From contig JACKID010000001.1 of NCBI GenBank assembly GCA_020638675.1, positions 2,125,537 through 2,189,536 of the forward strand: 64,000 nt of DNA, read 5' to 3'. The notes beneath the pieces were generated by a model. That model searched no databases and was not told where the DNA came from. It saw only the letters and a program-made list of their open reading frames with translations. Source of the stretch: Planctomycetota bacterium (GTDB lineage: Bacteria; Planctomycetota; UBA8742; UBA2392). Within the stretch, counting starts at the first letter, position 1. Each line of letters begins with the position of its first letter. The position numbers were made by a program, and so were the translations under genes. Below are positions 48,616 to 58,413 of this stretch, one piece after another.

Positions 48616-49400
48616 ATGAACCTTGCATTCGAGACGCAGCAGCTTGGCAATGACACCTTCCGCCTGCATGCGGACTTCCCCCTTCCCGGCCTGGGTGTAT
48701 TGCCGGTGAACAGCTTCCTGATCCGCGGGGCCGAGCCGGTCCTGATTGACACGGGCCTTGCCGGACAGCGCGAGAGCTTTCTCGGGGCACTCGGCAGCTT
48801 GATCGACCCGGCCGAGCTCCGGTGGATCTGGATGACTCACATGGATGCGGACCATGTTGGCAACCTGGAGACGATCCTGAAATCGGCGCCGAACGCCCGG
48901 GTCGTGACAACCTACCTCGGCATGGGCAAGGCCGGGTTGTTGGGGCTGCCACTTGATCGCTGCTACCTGCTGAACCCGGGTCAGACGCTGCGCGCAGGCG
49001 ATCGCGAGCTGCTGGCTGTAAAGCCACCTGTGTTTGACGCGCCGGAAACGACCGGGCTGTTCGATCGCTCCTCGGAGAGCCTGTTCAGCTCAGACAGCTT
49101 CGGCGCTGTACTTCAGGACTCCGCGGAGTCGGCGCTTGAGGTGGCCTCGGGGGACTTGCGGGACGGGATGCACCTCTGGGCCAGCGTCGATGCGCCGTGG
49201 CTGAATGTCGTCGAGAAGACCCGGTTCCAGGCGACGATTCGCGCACTCCGGGAGCTGAAGCCACAGCAGCTGTTGAGCAGCCGCCGGCCACGGGTCATGT
49301 CCGTGACGCGCTCTTCGCCAACCTTGAGGCTGTTGCCGGCACGAAGGGATTTGAAGGGCCGGACCAAGCCGCTCTGGAGCAGATGATGGCGGCCGCGTAG
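48616..49400 (+). pseudogene. MBL-fold (FprA/ODP-like) protein with an apparent frameshift near 49280
   Basis: THMDADHVG, FSSDSFG; after LLSS the plausible C-terminus (PPATGHVRDALFANL...EGPDQAALEQMM*) continues in the -1 frame to 49400, while the in-frame stop is at 49386. Confidence 0.6.
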
Positions 49401-49422
49401 GCATCCACTTGTGCGCAAATTG

Positions 49423-49454
49423 CAACAGGGGCCGGCGCAAGCCGGCCCCTGTTG
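49423..49454. terminator. Hairpin between convergent MBL and rhodanese genes
   Basis: Perfect 14-bp stem CAACAGGGGCCGGC-GCAA-GCCGGCCCCTGTTG. Confidence 0.75.
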
Positions 49455-49468
49455 TTCTGGAGATTGGT

Positions 49469-49861
49469 CTAGCTGATGGTGACGGGCAGGCCGGCCTTCT
49501 GCCAGGCGTCGAAGCCGCCAACAATGTTGGAGACGTTCGTGTAGCCAAGCTTGCGAAGTGCGCCCTGGGCCATGCCGCCGCGCATGCCTGACTTGCAGTA
49601 CACCACGACGGGCGCCTGCGGATCAGGAATGGACTTGGGTACGGTGTCCAGGATGTTGTCGAGCGGAATGTGCTCGCTGCCGGGGATCGTGCCGCCGCCC
49701 AGTTCCTGCGGCATGCGGACGTCAATCAGGGTCAGGCCTGCGGTGTAATCCTTCTTGGGGGGAGCAGTCTTCTTGGTGCGCTTTTTCTTCTGTGCTGCCT
49801 TAGTCGTCGGTTCAAGAATCGTCGCTGCGTCGGTGGGTCGAAGTCTCGGTGGAAGCTGCAT
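49469..49861 (-). CDS. Single-domain rhodanese/sulfurtransferase with a basic N-terminal extension
   Basis: LIDVRMPQE..GTIPGSEHIP, active loop YCKSGMR, IVGGFDAW. Start uncertain. Confidence 0.85.
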   Translation of the reverse strand: MQLPPRLRPTDAATILEPTTKAAQKKKRTKKTAPPKKDYTAGLTLIDVRMPQELGGGTIPGSEHIPLDNILDTVPKSIPDPQAPVVVYCKSGMRGGMAQGALRKLGYTNVSNIVGGFDAWQKAGLPVTIS

Positions 49862-50117
49862 CGCGGGTCCCTTCTCAATCGGCCGGAAAACTACGCGTCA
49901 AAATCAGTCTGTCGGGCTAATAATTATACGTATCTGCGCGACAAATTGAAGCCTCAAGCACTTGACTGAAGGCACTTCAAACCTATGTTCCGCGCCCCGA
50001 GTGTCAGAAACCGCCTCCATTGACCCGGCCGCCCCGCACAACTATACGATGCTTCTGAGACCGCCGGTGGAGCGCGTTTCCGCCGCCTGACCCGTTCTAC
50101 AGCCCGAGGAATATGCC

Positions 50118-51065
50118 ATGGCCTTCCAACGTCCGAAGATCTCCGTGTTTGGCGCCGGTTTTGTCGGCTCGACGGTTGCACAACGCTGTGCAGATCGCGA
50201 ACTCGGCGACGTCATGCTGATCGACATCGTCGAAGACATGCCCCAGGGCAAGGCCCTCGATATGTTCGAGAGTGCGCCTGTAGAGCGCTTTGACGCCCGG
50301 GTGAACGGGAGTAACAAGCCGGCCGACGTGGCGGGCAGCGACGTTGTCGTCGTGACTTCTGGCATCGCGCGCAAGCCGGGCATGAGCCGTGACGACCTGC
50401 TCACCACCAACGCCAAGATCGTCCAGAGCGTGGCAGACAGCATTCGCGAACACGCGCCGAATGCGATTGTCATCATGGTTACAAATCCTTTGGACGTCAT
50501 GAGTTGGGTCGCCCACAAGCGTCTCGGCTTCCCCAAGAACCGCGTCATGGGCATGGCGGGAGTGCTCGACAGTGCCCGCATGGCCAGCTTTGTCGCGATG
50601 GAACTCAACTGCAGCGTGCAGGACATCAGCCCGATGGTGCTCGGCGGCCACGGCGACACGATGGTTCCCCTGCCGCGCTACACCACTGTGAGTGGCATCC
50701 CGATCACTGACCTGATTCCGGCCGAGCGCATCGAGGCGATCAACGATCGCACCCGCAAGGGCGGCGCAGAAATCGTCGCGCTGCTTAAGACCGGCAGCGC
50801 CTACTACGCGCCGGGCGCGAGCGTCGCGCAGATGGTTGAGAGCATCGTGAAGGACCAGCGCCGCATTCTGCCCACCTGCGCGTTGCTCGAGGGCGAGTAC
50901 GGGCTGAAGGACACCTGGCAGGGCGTGCCGGCACTGCTTGGCAAAAACGGCATCGAGAAGATCTTCGAGCTGAAGCTGACCGCCGACGAGAAGAAGCTGC
51001 TTGAAACCAGCAACGAGCACGTCGCCGGCGCGATCCAGCAGGCGGCGAAACTGCTGGGGATGTAG
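50118..51065 (+). CDS. mdh: Malate dehydrogenase (LDH-like)
   Basis: KISVFGAGFVG, GIARKPGMSRDDL, VTNPLD, LDSAR, VLGGHGD, GSAYYAP. Confidence 0.96.
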   Translation: MAFQRPKISVFGAGFVGSTVAQRCADRELGDVMLIDIVEDMPQGKALDMFESAPVERFDARVNGSNKPADVAGSDVVVVTSGIARKPGMSRDDLLTTNAKIVQSVADSIREHAPNAIVIMVTNPLDVMSWVAHKRLGFPKNRVMGMAGVLDSARMASFVAMELNCSVQDISPMVLGGHGDTMVPLPRYTTVSGIPITDLIPAERIEAINDRTRKGGAEIVALLKTGSAYYAPGASVAQMVESIVKDQRRILPTCALLEGEYGLKDTWQGVPALLGKNGIEKIFELKLTADEKKLLETSNEHVAGAIQQAAKLLGM

Positions 51066-51141
51066 CCGACGGAGTGCCTGGGGCTTCCGGTCGGCAAATC
51101 GGCCGGAGGCCGATCGGTACGACATGGCCAACATGGCCATT

Positions 51142-52056
51142 CTACTTGTGCTTGTGGCTCTTCTTGTCTTCGTACATCTCGGTGTCGGCGCGGCTGATCA
51201 GGCTTATCAAGTCGCCTTCCTGCTTCGGGTCGTGCACGGCGTAGCCGACGCTGAATGAGACCGTGTATTCCTCGCCCTTGGGCGGCATCAGCTTGTGGGT
51301 CGCCTTCAGGCGCTCCTTGATCTTGTCTAGGTCTTCGGCCACCGCCATCCAGGCCAACACCACGAACTCGTCGCCGCCGACGCGCGCGACTACATCGGAT
51401 TCGCGGAAGGTGCTGGTCAGATACTCGGCCATGTAGACCAGCACTCGGTCACCTTCCTGATGTCCGTAGGTGTCGTTGATCGGCTTGAAGCCGTCCAGGT
51501 CGAAGAACACCACGGCCAGCACTCCGCCCCGCCGCTGAGCGTTGGCCCAGTACTGCTTGCCCAACAGCTCGAGCGCGCGGCGATTGCGCAGCCCGGTGAG
51601 CGGGTCGGTCAGTGACTGCTCGCGCAGCTTGCGGGTTTCGCGGTGCAGCTCCATTTCCGCCAGCTTGCGCCTGGTGATGTCCACGTGGGCGCACAGGGCC
51701 ACACGCCCGTTCTCGGCGGGAATGGCTGACACCCGCACGAGGTAGTAGCGCGGCTCGGCCGGCGTGTGGCACGGATACTCCATCTCATAGCTCTCGCGCA
51801 CGCCGCCGATCACCTCGGCGAGTCCTGCCTCAACATCCGCGGCAAACTTTTCACCGCCGACGCCGACGGCCGTGCAGGCTTCGAAATAGGGCTTCCCGAC
51901 CGGCTTGATGAATTCTTCGGGCGCGCCGTGACCGCGTGCAAGATGCCCCCAGGCGGCGTTCACACTGAGCACGTTGAGCTGCGCATCGACCAGCACCATC
52001 ACGTCAGGGATGGCGTTCAGAATCGTGTTGAACTGGTTGCGCTGCGTGTCTGCCAT
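51142..52056 (-). CDS. PAS-GGDEF diguanylate cyclase
   Basis: N-terminal PAS-like region; DPLTGLRNRR, DLDGFKPINDTYGH, I-site RESD five residues before GGDEF. Confidence 0.93.
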   Translation of the reverse strand: MADTQRNQFNTILNAIPDVMVLVDAQLNVLSVNAAWGHLARGHGAPEEFIKPVGKPYFEACTAVGVGGEKFAADVEAGLAEVIGGVRESYEMEYPCHTPAEPRYYLVRVSAIPAENGRVALCAHVDITRRKLAEMELHRETRKLREQSLTDPLTGLRNRRALELLGKQYWANAQRRGGVLAVVFFDLDGFKPINDTYGHQEGDRVLVYMAEYLTSTFRESDVVARVGGDEFVVLAWMAVAEDLDKIKERLKATHKLMPPKGEEYTVSFSVGYAVHDPKQEGDLISLISRADTEMYEDKKSHKHK

Positions 52057-52136
52057 TGTGCACCTCGCTGAGCATACCGCGCGGAGGCGCTTTGCGCGAA
52101 CAAACCGCGCTGCGGATGCACGGATGCGACGAGTTG

Positions 52137-52727
52137 CTAGAGCTTCTCAGGCAGCGCGCTGAACGGCGTCGGGACCTCGGCCGGGTGCAGCAGCTCCAGA
52201 ATCGCGTAGACACAGTTCACCGCGGGCGCCGCCGCTGTCGTATACAGCGAAGCAAGGCCGTTCAAGGTCTGCATCACCAGGCGCACCGGATCAAACACGC
52301 TGCGTCGCGTGGAGCCCTTCACCACTTCGCCGTCGTGCACTGCATCCGCCACGGAATAGAGCACGGATCCCTTGGGAAGCCCGCGTTCGTGGAACAACTT
52401 CTGCAGGTGCCGCTCACGCTGCTCGAGCGACTTGTCGAGTTGTGCGGGTACGCTGAAGGCATTGGTCAATCGATCGACGACTTCGGCCCAGGTGACGTTG
52501 CGCGTCGGCACGAATGAACGCCAGCCGTTGAGGCGCGCAATCATGCCTTTGCGATCCGCGTCGATGATGGCGGCGGCCTGTTTTTCCGCGTCGCCTGCCA
52601 GCGCCCTTGAAAAACTGAAGTCGAGGTGCGAAGCGAAATTTTCGCGCACCATGGCCGGCTGAGCGATCAGTACTTCCAGTGGCCGTCGCCAGCCGGAGTC
52701 TTCTACCTTGCGTACATCGGTCGACAT
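52137..52727 (-). CDS. Hypothetical protein
   Basis: 196-aa ATG ORF fills the gap and is collinear with neighbours; no motif recognised. Confidence 0.55.
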   Translation of the reverse strand: MSTDVRKVEDSGWRRPLEVLIAQPAMVRENFASHLDFSFSRALAGDAEKQAAAIIDADRKGMIARLNGWRSFVPTRNVTWAEVVDRLTNAFSVPAQLDKSLEQRERHLQKLFHERGLPKGSVLYSVADAVHDGEVVKGSTRRSVFDPVRLVMQTLNGLASLYTTAAAPAVNCVYAILELLHPAEVPTPFSALPEKL

Positions 52728-52795
52728 GAAGCCCTCGCTCGGGGGCTACAAGGTTAGTTGTATCCCGAACGAAATGCCACACCGCTCTCGGGCGG

Positions 52796-53986
52796 CTAGG
52801 CCCGCGCGCGGGAGACCTCGGCCCGTACGGTATCAACCCACGCGTACAGCCCTGCCATCTGTTGATGGAAGTCGTGGGTGTGACCATCCAGTGGATTCTT
52901 GAAGAACGGCGCCAGTTGGGCGAGCATCCCGGATTCTCCCCGCTGCCAGGCGACGCTGACCAGACGCACGAGGTCGAGCACCAGCGGCGCGGCAAGCGCG
53001 CTGTCGCAACCCTGCCATGTGAACGTCATCGTCATCGGCGTGCCGAGGAAACCCTGGAAGTGAATCAGGTCCCATGCGGTCTTCCAGTCGCCGAGGCTGG
53101 GCACGTACTGGATGTCCGTCTTCACGAACGCGCCGCCGAGCATCTCGCGCAGCGCGGCGTCCTTCTGGCGCAGCTTGCTGTCTTTGCTGGCCGGCGCATC
53201 AAGCACCGCGCCGTCGTTGTTGCCGAGGAAGTTGTTACCCACCCAGCTCATCACCTTCAGGTTGCGGGCAAGGAACATGGGGCCGAGCACAGTCTTCAGC
53301 AGCGTCTCGCCTGTCTTGCCGTCCTTGCCCGCGTGTGGAAGTCGCGAGTCGCGAGCGATCTTGCGCAGTGCGGGCAGCTCTGAGGCCTGGCTTGGCGTGA
53401 AGTTGATGTAAGCGCATCCTTGGCGCAGCGCCGCGAGGGCGGCCAGCAGCGTGCCGGTGCAGAATCCCCCACCTGCCTTCGGCAGGGCCTTCATCAGGTC
53501 CTCGGGCGTGTCGAAGTCCGGAGTCTCGGCAAAGTACGGCTCCGTGCTGCAGAGATTGACTACGACCACGCGGTCGAGGTTGTGATCGCTGCGGAACCGC
53601 GCCAGCCGCTCTTCAATACGCGTAAGCTCGGCCAGATAGCCGCCTTCCGGGACGGAGCCGAATACGAACCCCTTCACCGTGTGAATCTGTTTGTCCAGCA
53701 CCTCAAGTTCGCCGCTGAGCTCCCGCGCGAGTTGCTCCGGGAGAATGCGCGCCTGCCCCAGCTCCACAGCCTTTTCGTGCAGCGGCGTGTTCGACACTTC
53801 GGCACCGCCGAACACCATGTCCTGCAGACCTGCCAGCGGCAGCCCCTTGAACTCCGGTCCGTCCGTCACCATGCCGGTGGCGGGCATGCGCCCCTGGGCA
53901 ATCGCTGTCGCGCCGACCATGGCCGTTGTCGCGACGTTGCCCCGCGCCCCGATGAAGTAGATGCCGATGCGGTTGCTGGTTGCCAA
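52796..53986 (-). CDS. ino1: Myo-inositol-1-phosphate synthase
   Basis: GARGNVATT, VVVNLCSTE, YINFTPS, GKDGKTGETLLK, NFLGNNDG, GDWKTAWD, WQGCDSALAAPLVLDL. Confidence 0.9.
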   Translation of the reverse strand: MATSNRIGIYFIGARGNVATTAMVGATAIAQGRMPATGMVTDGPEFKGLPLAGLQDMVFGGAEVSNTPLHEKAVELGQARILPEQLARELSGELEVLDKQIHTVKGFVFGSVPEGGYLAELTRIEERLARFRSDHNLDRVVVVNLCSTEPYFAETPDFDTPEDLMKALPKAGGGFCTGTLLAALAALRQGCAYINFTPSQASELPALRKIARDSRLPHAGKDGKTGETLLKTVLGPMFLARNLKVMSWVGNNFLGNNDGAVLDAPASKDSKLRQKDAALREMLGGAFVKTDIQYVPSLGDWKTAWDLIHFQGFLGTPMTMTFTWQGCDSALAAPLVLDLVRLVSVAWQRGESGMLAQLAPFFKNPLDGHTHDFHQQMAGLYAWVDTVRAEVSRARA

Positions 53987-53987
53987 G

Positions 53988-55070
53988 CTATCTCTCCTGC
54001 AGCTCGTTTAGTGCCTTGATGGCGCGCTCCGCCATTGCACGACGGCGCGGCGTTTGTGCCGCGATTGCCTCGCTGCTCCTCGCCGCGGCTGAACGAATCA
54101 CGGGCATTGCGACCAGGTCTTCTCGCTTCACGCTTGTATCGAACGTTCCGTCCTTGCCGGAGTCTTCCGATCCCGCCGGCTTGCCGTTCTCCAGCGCCGA
54201 AGCCTTGCCCCTCAGCGCTGCAGCGCCCGCATCCAGCTTGTCTGCCAACTCCGCGCGCGCCGCGGCATCGAGCGGTGCGGCGTCGGGCAGGTCGCCGGGA
54301 GCCAATCCGGGAGCAGACTCGCCCCCGTCCTTCAGGGCGTTCCTGGCATCCGTCAGTGACCTGTTGCGCTGTTCGTCTGTTGCAGCGGTATCTCGCAGCA
54401 CGGCCGCAGTGCGCTTGAGCTGCGTAGCCGTCTCCTTCATGCCGAGCGCCTTGCGGTACGCGTCCCGGTCGCTTGCGGCGCGGCTTCCGCCGACGTCGAC
54501 ACTTGACCAGGAATCCGACTTGCCTTGCGCCTCCGTGCCGGCGACTGCACCGCCATCGACCGGGCGCTCGGCGCTGACGACAGCCGCGAACAGTACACCA
54601 GATGCCAGCGCCAGCAGCGGTACTGCAACCAGCCTGCGAGTCGGGATCAACACGGGCGCGGGAGACCGTACAGCCTGCTTGAGTTCCTCCGCTGCGCGCG
54701 CGAGCAGGGGGCGATAGAAGACGTTGCCCTCGACAACGCGCAACGCCGCGGCCAGGGCGCCCGTATCGTGCGGCAAGCGTGCCTCAAGTGCCAGTGCGAC
54801 CTCCTGCAAGCCCGGCAAACGGTAGCGGCGCAGCTCATAGCCGACGCCGAGCAAGAAGCCCGCGGCCCCGCCCAGCGCGATGGAGCCGATGCCGCCCGTC
54901 GTCGCGAACAGCAACCGCGGCAGCAGGTCAAGGAACACCACCGAGAGCCCGAGCGCTATGGCTCCCCCTGCAATGCCCGTAAATGCGGCTCTCGCCAGCT
55001 GACGCGCGATCAGCCGCAGCGCGACGGCGCGCAGCTCGGCTTCCAGTTCGGCTCGGCTGGTCAGGGGCAA
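53988..55070 (-). CDS. Hypothetical membrane protein (N-terminus resembles DUF4175-type proteins)
   Basis: Two N-terminal TM helices, VALALEARLP...ALAAAL, a third TM, then a helical region. Confidence 0.6.
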   Translation of the reverse strand: MPLTSRAELEAELRAVALRLIARQLARAAFTGIAGGAIALGLSVVFLDLLPRLLFATTGGIGSIALGGAAGFLLGVGYELRRYRLPGLQEVALALEARLPHDTGALAAALRVVEGNVFYRPLLARAAEELKQAVRSPAPVLIPTRRLVAVPLLALASGVLFAAVVSAERPVDGGAVAGTEAQGKSDSWSSVDVGGSRAASDRDAYRKALGMKETATQLKRTAAVLRDTAATDEQRNRSLTDARNALKDGGESAPGLAPGDLPDAAPLDAAARAELADKLDAGAAALRGKASALENGKPAGSEDSGKDGTFDTSVKREDLVAMPVIRSAAARSSEAIAAQTPRRRAMAERAIKALNELQER

Positions 55071-55073
55071 GGG

Positions 55074-55895
55074 CTAGTCCTTCTTCTCTTCCTTCTTCTC
55101 TTCGGGCCACGGCTCAAACAGCAAAGTGACCTGCGGGGTTACTCCGCGTACTGTCTGCGGAATCCCGTCGGCTTCAGGATAGGGTGAGTAAATGTCCGGC
55201 ACGTAGCCGTCGTCGCGGTCATTGTCGAGCACGCATGCCGAGTCGCGCCACATGGCGATCAGGTTGCCCTTCATGTCGGCCTCAAACAGCGAGCGGTTCA
55301 GCTCCGCGCGAAACTGCTCAAAGCTTCCGGTGAAGATGAAGCCGACCTTGTCTGGGTGGGCGTTGTTCTGGTGGTCCCACAACCAGTCCTCAACCGGAAC
55401 GACGGTTTCTTTGCCCGTCTTGCTGTGGAAGAAACGAACGCTGATTTTCACACGATCGCCGACAGGCTTGTCGAGGTAGCCGCGGCCGGAGCGCTTTTCT
55501 TTGCCCTCGGCCAGCCCGACAATCTCAAGCGCACGCTTCAGGTGCAGCCCGCTGCCGGCACTGGCAAACAGGCTCTCGTGCGTGTTGCCGCCGGGAGACA
55601 CAAGCAGATACTCCAGTGGGCGCGTCTGTGAACCCAGCAACCACGCGTCCATCTCAACGACGCGCTTGGCCGGGTAGGCACGCAAGCCACCCTCAAATGC
55701 GACGTAGTCGGCATCCTTCTGCTTGGGTGGATCGGGCTGTGCTTCGGCCTCAGGCTCAGGCTCGGCGGTGTCCTCATTCCCGGCCTGGATCGCCTCGGTC
55801 TCGCCCGTGAACGCATGCACAACGCCATAGACGCCGGCCGCAGCTACGGTCAGGAACAGGGGCAACCAGGCGAGTATGCGCAGCTTCATCATCAT
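55074..55895 (-). CDS. Exported protein, possibly YdjY-domain family
   Basis: Signal/TM leader; PLEYLLVSPGGNTHESLF and IFTGS segments recalled as YdjY-like; family not verified. Confidence 0.55.
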   Translation of the reverse strand: MMMKLRILAWLPLFLTVAAAGVYGVVHAFTGETEAIQAGNEDTAEPEPEAEAQPDPPKQKDADYVAFEGGLRAYPAKRVVEMDAWLLGSQTRPLEYLLVSPGGNTHESLFASAGSGLHLKRALEIVGLAEGKEKRSGRGYLDKPVGDRVKISVRFFHSKTGKETVVPVEDWLWDHQNNAHPDKVGFIFTGSFEQFRAELNRSLFEADMKGNLIAMWRDSACVLDNDRDDGYVPDIYSPYPEADGIPQTVRGVTPQVTLLFEPWPEEKKEEKKD

Positions 55896-55981
55896 CCCTC
55901 AGGTTCCGCGAAACGGCCCATTCTGACACATTTCTAACGGATATGCTGCGCGCAAGGCCCGAGAAATCAAGGGGTTGTGAG

Positions 55982-56605
55982 CTACCTGTCGTACACCCCC
56001 AGGGAGTCGGAGTACTTGAACATCAGTGGAAGCTGCGGTTTGTCCTGCGCCGCTCGGTGCTGGTTGACGATTGTGGCCGCATCGAGGGCGGTGCTGACGA
56101 ACATCCACGGCGCTGTCCCGCTACGTGCGCCCACCGTCGGATCCTTGGCGAACGAGATCTCGACCTTCTCGATCTTTGCCCCGCTGCGGTCTATGTAGCC
56201 TTCGACTGCATCGACCAGGCTGTTGCAAACCAGCGCGTACTTGGCCTTCTTTTCACGGATCTGGACGGCCGAATCCGCTGGAAAGATCACAAGCTGTTCC
56301 AGGGTCGCGTAGCTGTTTTCGACAGTTCGGCGACCGCGCGCATCGATCGCGATCACGTACTGGTTGGCTTGCGCGCCGTCGTCCCAGACGCAGTAGATCG
56401 TCACTTGCTCCTTGGGCGGGGAGGGCTTGTCGAGCATCCCGTCTGTCTTCGGCAGATCGGCCCGCATGTTGTTTTCATCCACGCGAAAGCGCGTACACAG
56501 GATGAAGAAGATCAGCAACTGGAACGTCACATCGATCATGGGTGTGAGGTCCGGTGCGGCCTTGTCTTCTTCTGTCTGACGCCGCTCTTTTCGTTGCCTG
56601 CTCAT
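55982..56605 (-). CDS. ExbD/TolR-family protein (long type, copy 2)
   Basis: PDLTPMIDVTFQLLIFFILCTRF TM with the conserved Asp. Confidence 0.88.
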   Translation of the reverse strand: MSRQRKERRQTEEDKAAPDLTPMIDVTFQLLIFFILCTRFRVDENNMRADLPKTDGMLDKPSPPKEQVTIYCVWDDGAQANQYVIAIDARGRRTVENSYATLEQLVIFPADSAVQIREKKAKYALVCNSLVDAVEGYIDRSGAKIEKVEISFAKDPTVGARSGTAPWMFVSTALDAATIVNQHRAAQDKPQLPLMFKYSDSLGVYDR

Positions 56606-56614
56606 TGGTTTCCC

Positions 56615-57106
56615 CTAGTTCGTGCGCTGGTCCTTCAGGACCGCAATCTTGACTTTGTAGAGCCGCACCGCGGCCATCAGTTCGATCAGCTTTCCAAACT
56701 CGGACGCGGGGCAGCGGGCGTCGCAGCGAACTACGACGACGTTCTCGCTGATGCCGTCAGGGTCGAGCCCCGGCTTGCCCTCCGCAGGCGCAGTGACTGC
56801 CGCCTCTCGCGCGAGAATTGCGCGCATCTCGTCGCTGCTGCGTGGTCTTGAGTCGCCGTAGCAGAACCAGCCGAAGGACGCCTCTGATGCTCCCACTTGC
56901 GCGATGTGGACCGTGAACAGTCTCTCGGGCCCCAACGGCGTATCCCCGGCCGTGAGACTGTCCGGCAGGCGCAGATCGACCGTCTCCTGGGACGTGATGT
57001 GTGAGACGACCAGGAAGAAGATGATGAGCTGGAACGTCACGTCGATCATGGGAGTCAGATCGAGCGTGCTCTCTTCTTCGCCGCGGCTGCGACGTTCGTT
57101 TCTCAT
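56615..57106 (-). CDS. ExbD/TolR-family protein (short type, copy 2)
   Basis: LDLTPMIDVTFQLIIFFLV; VVVRCDARCP periplasmic motif. Confidence 0.88.
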   Translation of the reverse strand: MRNERRSRGEEESTLDLTPMIDVTFQLIIFFLVVSHITSQETVDLRLPDSLTAGDTPLGPERLFTVHIAQVGASEASFGWFCYGDSRPRSSDEMRAILAREAAVTAPAEGKPGLDPDGISENVVVVRCDARCPASEFGKLIELMAAVRLYKVKIAVLKDQRTN

Positions 57107-57153
57107 GGCGAATCCTTGAAGATTCGCCCCGGGATGAGATAGCGACTTAAACG

Positions 57154-57185
57154 AACCAGGCGAGGGAAAGTTCCCTCGCCTGGTT
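57154..57185 (-). terminator. Strong hairpin between the two exbD pairs
   Basis: Perfect 14-bp stem AACCAGGCGAGGGA-AAGT-TCCCTCGCCTGGTT. Confidence 0.65.
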
Positions 57186-57201
57186 TCAATTCTTGGACGA
57201 A

Positions 57202-57819
57202 CTAGCCGCCGTAGGCGCCCAGCGAGTCGGCGAACTTGAACGTCACCGTCAGGGGCTCAAGCCCCTTCTCTACGCGGTTCTTGTTCACCATCGCCGATGC
57301 GTCGATGGCGAGCGAAACGAACATCCAGGGCGCTGTACCGGACGCCGCGCCCTGCATGGCGTTGACGGCGAACGAGATCTCAAGCTTCTCAATCTTCGCG
57401 CCGCTCTTGTTGATGTACGCCTCGGTGGCAGCAACCAGGTTGTCGAAGATCTGCCCGTAAAGGGCCTTCTTCTCGCGGATCTGGGCCTGGCTGTCGCCGG
57501 GGAAAATCACCATCTGTTCCAGCGTCGCGTAGCTGTTCTCGACGGGCTTGCGGCCTCGCGCGTCGATAGCGACGACATAGCTGTTGGACTTGGAATCCGG
57601 CTTCCAGTCGCAATAGATCGTGATCTGCTCTTTGGGTACTGAAGGCGTGCTCTGCAGACCTTCGTCCTTGGGCAACTGCACCTGGTGATTGCGTTCGTCT
57701 ACTTTGAAGCGGGTGCACAGGATGAAGAAGATCAGCAGCTGGAACGTCACGTCGATCATCGGCGTGAGGTCCGGCGTTGCCTTCTCGTCGTTGTTCCGTT
57801 TCTTGCGTGCTCGTGCCAT
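57202..57819 (-). CDS. ExbD/TolR-family protein (long type, copy 1)
   Basis: PDLTPMIDVTFQLLIFFILCTRF; colinear with 55982-56605. Confidence 0.88.
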   Translation of the reverse strand: MARARKKRNNDEKATPDLTPMIDVTFQLLIFFILCTRFKVDERNHQVQLPKDEGLQSTPSVPKEQITIYCDWKPDSKSNSYVVAIDARGRKPVENSYATLEQMVIFPGDSQAQIREKKALYGQIFDNLVAATEAYINKSGAKIEKLEISFAVNAMQGAASGTAPWMFVSLAIDASAMVNKNRVEKGLEPLTVTFKFADSLGAYGG

Positions 57820-57839
57820 GGGATTCTCCGGACCGCGAA

Positions 57840-58349
57840 CTAGTCGAGTCGCTGGTCCTTCAGGATTGCGATCTTGATTTTGTACATCATCAGGCTTGCC
57901 ATCAGCTCAATCAGTTTGCCGAAGTTCTCGGCCGGTGCGCGAGCGTCGCAACGGACAACCACCATGTTCTCGCTGATGCCATCCGGCCCGATACCCAACA
58001 AGTCTCGGTCCGGATCGACGATTGCAGCTTCCTTGGTCAGGATGCCGCGCATTTCGTCGATGCTGCGCGGATTCGCATCGCCGTAGCAGAACCAGCCGAA
58101 TTCATCGGGCATGGCGGTGTCGGACGACTGATTGATCGGCGCAATGTGCACCGTGAACAGCTTCTTCTCCTTGGGGTCCGGCTCGTTCGCGGCAAGCGCG
58201 TCCGGCAGGCGCAGATTCACGTTTTCCTGCGACGTGATCTGCGATACCACCATGAAGAAAATGATGAGCTGGAAGGTCACGTCGATCATCGGCGTGAGGT
58301 CGACTTCGACGCCTTCCGAAGACCGCATGGATTTACGTTTCTTTGCCAT
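57840..58349 (-). CDS. ExbD/TolR-family protein (short type, copy 1)
   Basis: VDLTPMIDVTFQLIIFFMV; VVVRCDARAP; colinear with 56615-57106. Confidence 0.88.
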   Translation of the reverse strand: MAKKRKSMRSSEGVEVDLTPMIDVTFQLIIFFMVVSQITSQENVNLRLPDALAANEPDPKEKKLFTVHIAPINQSSDTAMPDEFGWFCYGDANPRSIDEMRGILTKEAAIVDPDRDLLGIGPDGISENMVVVRCDARAPAENFGKLIELMASLMMYKIKIAILKDQRLD

Positions 58350-58413
58350 TGGTATTTCTCCGGGCCGGGCGGAGGCGATGAGCCCCCACCCACCCTAGGA
58401 TCTTGTTCGTTCG

